Assembly: GCA_905178155.1 (NCBI GenBank)
Contig: CAJINV010000002.1
Location: forward strand, 1,609,216 to 1,673,215
Length of the DNA: 64,000 bases
Source of the DNA: Amoebophrya sp. A120
Taxonomy: Eukaryota > Protista > Dinoflagellata
Direction: 5' to 3'
Shown: positions 63,301-64,000 of the stretch, in pieces
How positions within the stretch are numbered: the first letter of the stretch is position 1
Layout of the letters: every line of letters starts with the position of its first letter
Position numbers and translations under genes: made by a program
The notes under the pieces: model-generated
Databases searched by the model: none
The model's input: only the letters and a program-made list of their open reading frames with translations
What the model was told of the DNA's origin: nothing

Positions 63301-64000
63301 GAACCACCATGCACTCTCGTCTGGAACTCCGACGCGATGTTGTCCTCATTGCAGGAATTTTTCAACGTCAATGTCGTCGACGCTGGGTCCTGGTCGTTTT
63401 CCAATACTAAGAACTTCCCAGTTCCTAAATTCTTCAAACAAACAGGAACTAAATCCGTGCAGTTGTTCGTCCACAGGTGGTTATCGTGGTAGTACACCTC
63501 CCAGTGCCAGTGCGCATCGGTAGTTGGGGCCTGGAACTGCAATTTCACTTCCTGCGTAGCGGAGTCAACACCCAACGTGTAGGTCGTCCCTCCAATCGTT
63601 TCAATTCTATACGCCGGATTCGGCATTGGGTTTTGCTCGGTGAAACGGAACCCCGGCTCGTCGCCACTCGAGCCTTGAATATTGGAACTCACGTCGATTT
63701 TCACTTTTCCCTCCGCTTTGGACCAAAACATCTCTTTGTTGCTCCTCCCATGTCGGATCGCCACCGGTTCTTTCGCCGTGTCACAGGACCGCGGCGTCGT
63801 CGGTTTTGGATCGCTGGTCCACGACGAGCCACCAGTACTATTACCCGGAGCTGCTCCACCTCCAGACTGCATTTGACAACTATTCGGCGCGACGTTCTGC
63901 TCAATCCCGCAAACGTGCTCGCCCCCGCCGTTCCCGGTTCGCAGCTGGAACTCGGACGCAATGTTGTCTTGGGAACAGGAATCCAATAGTTGCAAAGTCG
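24383..64000 (-). CDS. Giant multi-exon type I membrane adhesin-like protein (beta-trefoil-like repeats, EGF-like, PAN/apple-like, Sushi-like, mucin Thr tracts, TSP1, TM, long cytoplasmic tail); 5' end outside window
   Basis: About 60 exons. Frame is restored across checked junctions (e.g. 41317 to 39383 reads ..PEPTTT|TPEPT..CDMD|SNPG..LH|LRSD..NE|SGG..FRK|EMY..SS|SSDT). TSP1 WRFKPWKACSNQCGEGTKER at about 29.5k, TM TLMMLAIF|GAISTAFTTYMYC at about 29.15-29.4k, stop TAA at 24383-24385. Could be more than one gene. Confidence 0.65.
24519..24805. mobile_element. Introner family A
   Basis: TIR; TSD AGATC. Confidence 0.9.
25117..25429. mobile_element. Introner family A
   Basis: TIR; TSD ACATC. 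Confidence 0.9.
25503..25756. mobile_element. Introner family B
   Basis: TIR; TSD GCTTC. Confidence 0.9.
26286..26557. mobile_element. Introner family B (old)
   Basis: TIR; TSD decayed CTCGC/ATCGG. Confidence 0.8.
26652..26804. mobile_element. Introner family E (old)
   Basis: TATGC..TGGATA ends, motif-rich; TSD decayed. Confidence 0.7.
27075..27264. mobile_element. Introner family F
   Basis: CTGTGTAAATGTAA..TTACACTCACA termini; ends approximate. Confidence 0.7.
27340..27601. mobile_element. Introner family B
   Basis: TIR; TSD CAACC. Confidence 0.9.
28026..28241. mobile_element. Introner family C
   Basis: TIR; TSD TCACT/TCGCT. Confidence 0.85.
28381..28682. mobile_element. Introner family D
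   Basis: GGAAAAATCCC..CCCCATA TIR; TSD TCCCC/TCCGC. Confidence 0.85.
28799..29051. mobile_element. Introner family B
   Basis: TIR; TSD TCCTG. Confidence 0.9.
30161..30474. mobile_element. Introner family D
   Basis: TATCAAAAGGAAAAATTCCCCCACCCCATA..TATGGGGAGGGGGGATTTTTCCTTTTGATA; TSD ACTCC. Confidence 0.9.
30638..30958. mobile_element. Introner family D
   Basis: TIR; TSD CCTCG. Confidence 0.9.
31010..31272. mobile_element. Introner family B
   Basis: TIR; TSD CCGAT. Confidence 0.9.
31906..32167. mobile_element. Introner family B
   Basis: TIR; TSD ACTCC. Confidence 0.9.
32217..32476. mobile_element. Introner family B
   Basis: TIR; TSD TAATC. Confidence 0.9.
33239..33457. mobile_element. Introner family C
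   Basis: TATGAAAGTGCACAACTCCCCCTCCC / GGGAGGGGGAGTTGTGCACTTTCATA; TSD decayed. Confidence 0.9.
34641..34934. mobile_element. Introner family G (singleton here)
   Basis: 28-bp TIR GTCAG(GAT/AAC)CGAAATCGACAAAGT(T/C)GAAA; no 5-bp TSD. Confidence 0.8.
35141..35317. mobile_element. Introner family F-like
   Basis: TIR TGT(C/T)TCACTGTAC; interior resembles 27075-27264. Confidence 0.7.
35395..35656. mobile_element. Introner family B
   Basis: TIR; TSD CCGCA. Confidence 0.9.
36063..36357. mobile_element. Introner family B (with small insertions)
   Basis: TIR; TSD decayed. Confidence 0.8.
36413..36734. mobile_element. Introner family D
   Basis: TIR; TSD ACTGT. Confidence 0.9.
36766..36912. mobile_element. 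Introner family E
   Basis: CAAAAGTATCG..CGATACTTTTG TIR; TSD decayed. Confidence 0.85.
36962..37302. mobile_element. Introner family A with internal duplication
   Basis: TIR; TSD GTAGA. Confidence 0.9.
38151..38428. mobile_element. Introner family B
   Basis: TIR; TSD GAACT/GAAGT. Confidence 0.8.
38522..38842. mobile_element. Introner family D
   Basis: TIR; TSD TAAAG. Confidence 0.9.
38889..39059. mobile_element. Introner family H (about 50-bp TIR)
   Basis: TATCCC(C/A)CAGAAAAAGACCGACAGGTCATATTTGTAATGC..AAATAAATA inverted; TSD GTGTT. Confidence 0.9.
39068..39255. mobile_element. Introner family E-like (old)
   Basis: TATGGATTGCAAAAGTTG..CAACTTT..GGTTA; motif-rich; right end approximate. Confidence 0.7.
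39383..39654. mobile_element. Introner family B
   Basis: TIR; TSD ACTGG. Confidence 0.9.
39754..40039. mobile_element. Introner family A
   Basis: TIR; TSD TTGCG. Confidence 0.9.
40103..40324. mobile_element. Introner family C
   Basis: TIR; TSD ACTCG. Confidence 0.9.
40366..40620. mobile_element. Introner family B
   Basis: TIR; TSD AGTGT/CGTGT. Confidence 0.9.
40692..40954. mobile_element. Introner family B
   Basis: TIR; TSD TGTCC. Confidence 0.9.
41039..41317. mobile_element. Introner family A
   Basis: TIR; TSD CGTGG. Confidence 0.9.
41345..41590 (-). repeat. Coding 21-bp tandem repeat (TQAAVPT/TQAPMPT mucin-like), 63-bp higher order
   Basis: Direct tandem gcttg(a/t)gtcgtcgg(c/t)a.. units. 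Confidence 0.9.
41676..41955. mobile_element. Introner family A, near-identical inverted copy of 1-279
   Basis: Perfect TIR; no matching TSD (TGCTG/AATCT). Confidence 0.9.
41999..42260. mobile_element. Introner family B
   Basis: TIR; TSD TCTTA/TCTTG. Confidence 0.9.
42914..43238. mobile_element. Introner family D
   Basis: TIR; TSD TTTTC. Confidence 0.9.
43632..43878. mobile_element. Introner family I (TIR built of 15-bp tandem units)
   Basis: GCTCA..GTTACAATCTCA(C/A)ACGTTACAATAGA inverted at both ends; exact ends uncertain. Confidence 0.75.
43992..44146. mobile_element. Introner family E
   Basis: TIR; TSD GGTCG/TGTCG. Confidence 0.9.
44340..48266. mobile_element. Introner family F split by 3.7-kb insertion
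   Basis: TIR AACTGTG(CT/TA)AGTGTA; GT-AG intron 44342-48260 restores frame (RKKL-FFFLDSC). Confidence 0.75.
44494..48226. mobile_element. 3.7-kb non-coding insertion nested inside a family-F introner
   Basis: Flanked by TGTTGC direct repeats (44488-93, 48227-32); removal reconstitutes an element like 27075-27264; internal dispersed repeats; subterminal hairpin CTCCC-TCTGC-GGGAG. Confidence 0.7.
48359..48620. mobile_element. Introner family B
   Basis: TIR; TSD GGGGG/GCGGG. Confidence 0.85.
48700..48970. mobile_element. Introner family B (old)
   Basis: TIR; TSD decayed. Confidence 0.8.
49103..49367. mobile_element. Introner family B
   Basis: TIR; TSD CAAAA; close to 53860-54112. Confidence 0.9.
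49466..49735. mobile_element. Introner family B
   Basis: TIR; TSD CTTTG. Confidence 0.9.
49801..50104. mobile_element. Introner family D, inverted relative of 30161-30474
   Basis: TIR; TSD ACCCG. Confidence 0.9.
50202..50442. mobile_element. Introner family B
   Basis: TIR (left partly deleted); TSD GGGGA. Confidence 0.85.
50485..50745. mobile_element. Introner family B
   Basis: TIR; TSD CCTCG. Confidence 0.9.
50796..50945. mobile_element. Introner family E
   Basis: TIR; TSD TCCCG/TTCCG. Confidence 0.9.
50993..51271. mobile_element. Introner family A
   Basis: TIR; TSD GGTAA/GGTAC. Confidence 0.9.
51272..53859 (-). CDS. Largest uninterrupted exon of giant gene (Cys-rich EGF-like plus Asn-rich region)
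   Basis: 900-aa ORF 51204-53906 bounded by introners; YSCECEPIGY, CPSPHNC. Confidence 0.75.
53860..54112. mobile_element. Introner family B
   Basis: TIR; TSD GAGAA/CAGAA. Confidence 0.9.
54206..54355. mobile_element. Introner family E
   Basis: TIR; TSD GCGGA. Confidence 0.9.
54539..54803. mobile_element. Introner family B
   Basis: TIR; TSD GCGGG/GCGGC. Confidence 0.9.
54804..56189 (-). CDS. Exon with tandem EGF-like domains
   Basis: GYKCECT, GSYECQCQ, QYSCSCSPGY, RDPC/VNPC motifs in ORF 54734-56227. Confidence 0.75.
56190..56440. mobile_element. Introner family B
   Basis: TIR; TSD CCGCG. Confidence 0.9.
56853..56904 (+). promoter_or_regulatory. Conserved upstream element of tRNA-like copy 1
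   Basis: GCATTTTTTGCCCGAA..GTGTTTAGCA..ATTCTGG(C/T)GACCCTG ending 27 bp before the RNA 5' G; same in copies 3-5. Confidence 0.6.
56931..57169 (+). ncRNA. tRNA-scaffolded RNA copy 1 (cargo replaces anticodon loop)
   Basis: 5' GCGCGGC-TA-GCAC-AATTGGCA-GCGC-G-CTTGG (A box, D arm); 3' CTAGG-AGGT-CTGGG-TTCGAAT-CCCAG-AACGCGC-A then TTTTT. Confidence 0.75.
57393..57637 (+). ncRNA. tRNA-scaffolded RNA copy 2
   Basis: GCGCGGCTAGCACAATCGGAAGTGCGCCCGG ... CTGGGAGGTCCGGGTTCGAATCCCGGAACGCGC, T5 at 57640-57644. Confidence 0.75.
57707..57976 (-). ncRNA. tRNA-scaffolded RNA copy 3
   Basis: Minus: GCGCGGCTAGCACAACTGGTAGTGCGCCTGGTC ... GACTAGGAGGTCCGGGTTCGAATCCTGGAACGCGC then T7. Confidence 0.75.
58003..58056 (-). 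promoter_or_regulatory. Conserved upstream element of copy 3
   Basis: Plus strand CAGGGTCACCAGAAT..TGCTAAACAC..TTCGGGCAAAAAATGC, 27 bp from 5' G. Confidence 0.6.
58131..58413 (-). ncRNA. tRNA-scaffolded RNA copy 4
   Basis: Minus: GCGCGGCTAGCACAACTGGAAGTGCGCCCGGTC ... GACTAGGAGGTCCGGGCTCGAATCCCGGGACGCGC; weaker terminator (TTTCTTCTTT). Confidence 0.7.
58440..58492 (-). promoter_or_regulatory. Conserved upstream element of copy 4
   Basis: Same motif, 27 bp from 5' G. Confidence 0.6.
58625..58907 (-). ncRNA. tRNA-scaffolded RNA copy 5
   Basis: Minus: GCGCGGCTAGCACAACTGGTAGTGCGCCTGGTC ... GACCAGGAGGTCCGGGTTCGAATCCCGGAACGGCA then T5; acceptor stem damaged. Confidence 0.7.
58934..58986 (-). promoter_or_regulatory. 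Conserved upstream element of copy 5
   Basis: Same motif, 27 bp from 5' G. Confidence 0.6.
59279..59546. mobile_element. Introner family B
   Basis: TIR; TSD AGAAA. Confidence 0.9.
60172..60275 (-). repeat. Coding TTPDPG repeats
   Basis: GTTTPDPGTSTPDPGTTTPDPGYTPTTPDPGATPDP in ORF 59417-60628. Confidence 0.85.
60628..60906. mobile_element. Introner family A
   Basis: TIR; TSD CGGCA. Confidence 0.9.
61031..61186. mobile_element. Introner family E
   Basis: TIR; TSD CCTGC/ACTGC. Confidence 0.85.
61579..61831. mobile_element. Introner family B
   Basis: TIR; TSD ACCTC. Confidence 0.9.
61936..62153. mobile_element. Introner family C
   Basis: TATGACAGTGCACAACTCCCCCTCCCCCTCATTTGT inverted; TSD TCAAC. 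Confidence 0.9.
62212..62361. mobile_element. Introner family E
   Basis: TIR; TSD GTCGA. Confidence 0.9.
62362..64000 (-). CDS. Exon with about 190-aa tandem Cys-containing repeats (beta-trefoil/ricin-like by inference)
   Basis: Repeated HWEVYYH.NH.WT..C...VCLKN.G..K.LVL and ASEFQ.R...G.HVCG.EQNVAPN.C in ORF 62331-63995. Confidence 0.7.

Noticed and set aside
24383-64000. Transposon-destroyed pseudogene
   Set aside because: Traced exons lack stops and frames rejoin after element removal at most checked junctions, implying purifying selection

Overview
Eukaryotic (alveolate) genomic DNA, most consistent with the parasitic dinoflagellate Amoebophrya (inferred from gene and intron architecture, not from a database search). 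All recognisable genes lie on the minus strand: an Sfi1-repeat-like protein, a membrane protein with an SHP box, a degenerate dihydroorotate-dehydrogenase-like protein, a secreted low-complexity protein, and one giant (>39 kb, runs off the window) type I membrane adhesin-like gene with TSP1, Sushi-like, PAN/apple-like, EGF-like, mucin and beta-trefoil-like repeats. The genes are interrupted by about 66 MITE-like 'introner' elements (about 150-340 bp, terminal inverted repeats mostly TAT...ATA, usually 5-bp target-site duplications, at least 8 TIR families, both orientations). Removing an element plus one TSD copy restored the reading frame at most junctions I checked, usually without GT-AG. 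All families share a dense GCAT(G/C/T)ACAA motif. The most novel-looking feature is an array of five tRNA-scaffolded Pol III-type RNA genes (56.9-58.9 kb) in a 2.4-kb intron. Each has a tRNA 5' half, about 175-220 nt of different structured cargo replacing the anticodon loop, a tRNA 3' half, a T-rich terminator and a conserved upstream element at fixed spacing. Also present: a 3.7-kb element nested in an introner, a palindromic minisatellite, and a compositionally extreme introner-free block at 11-18.7 kb. Coordinates were read by eye and may be off by a few bases.
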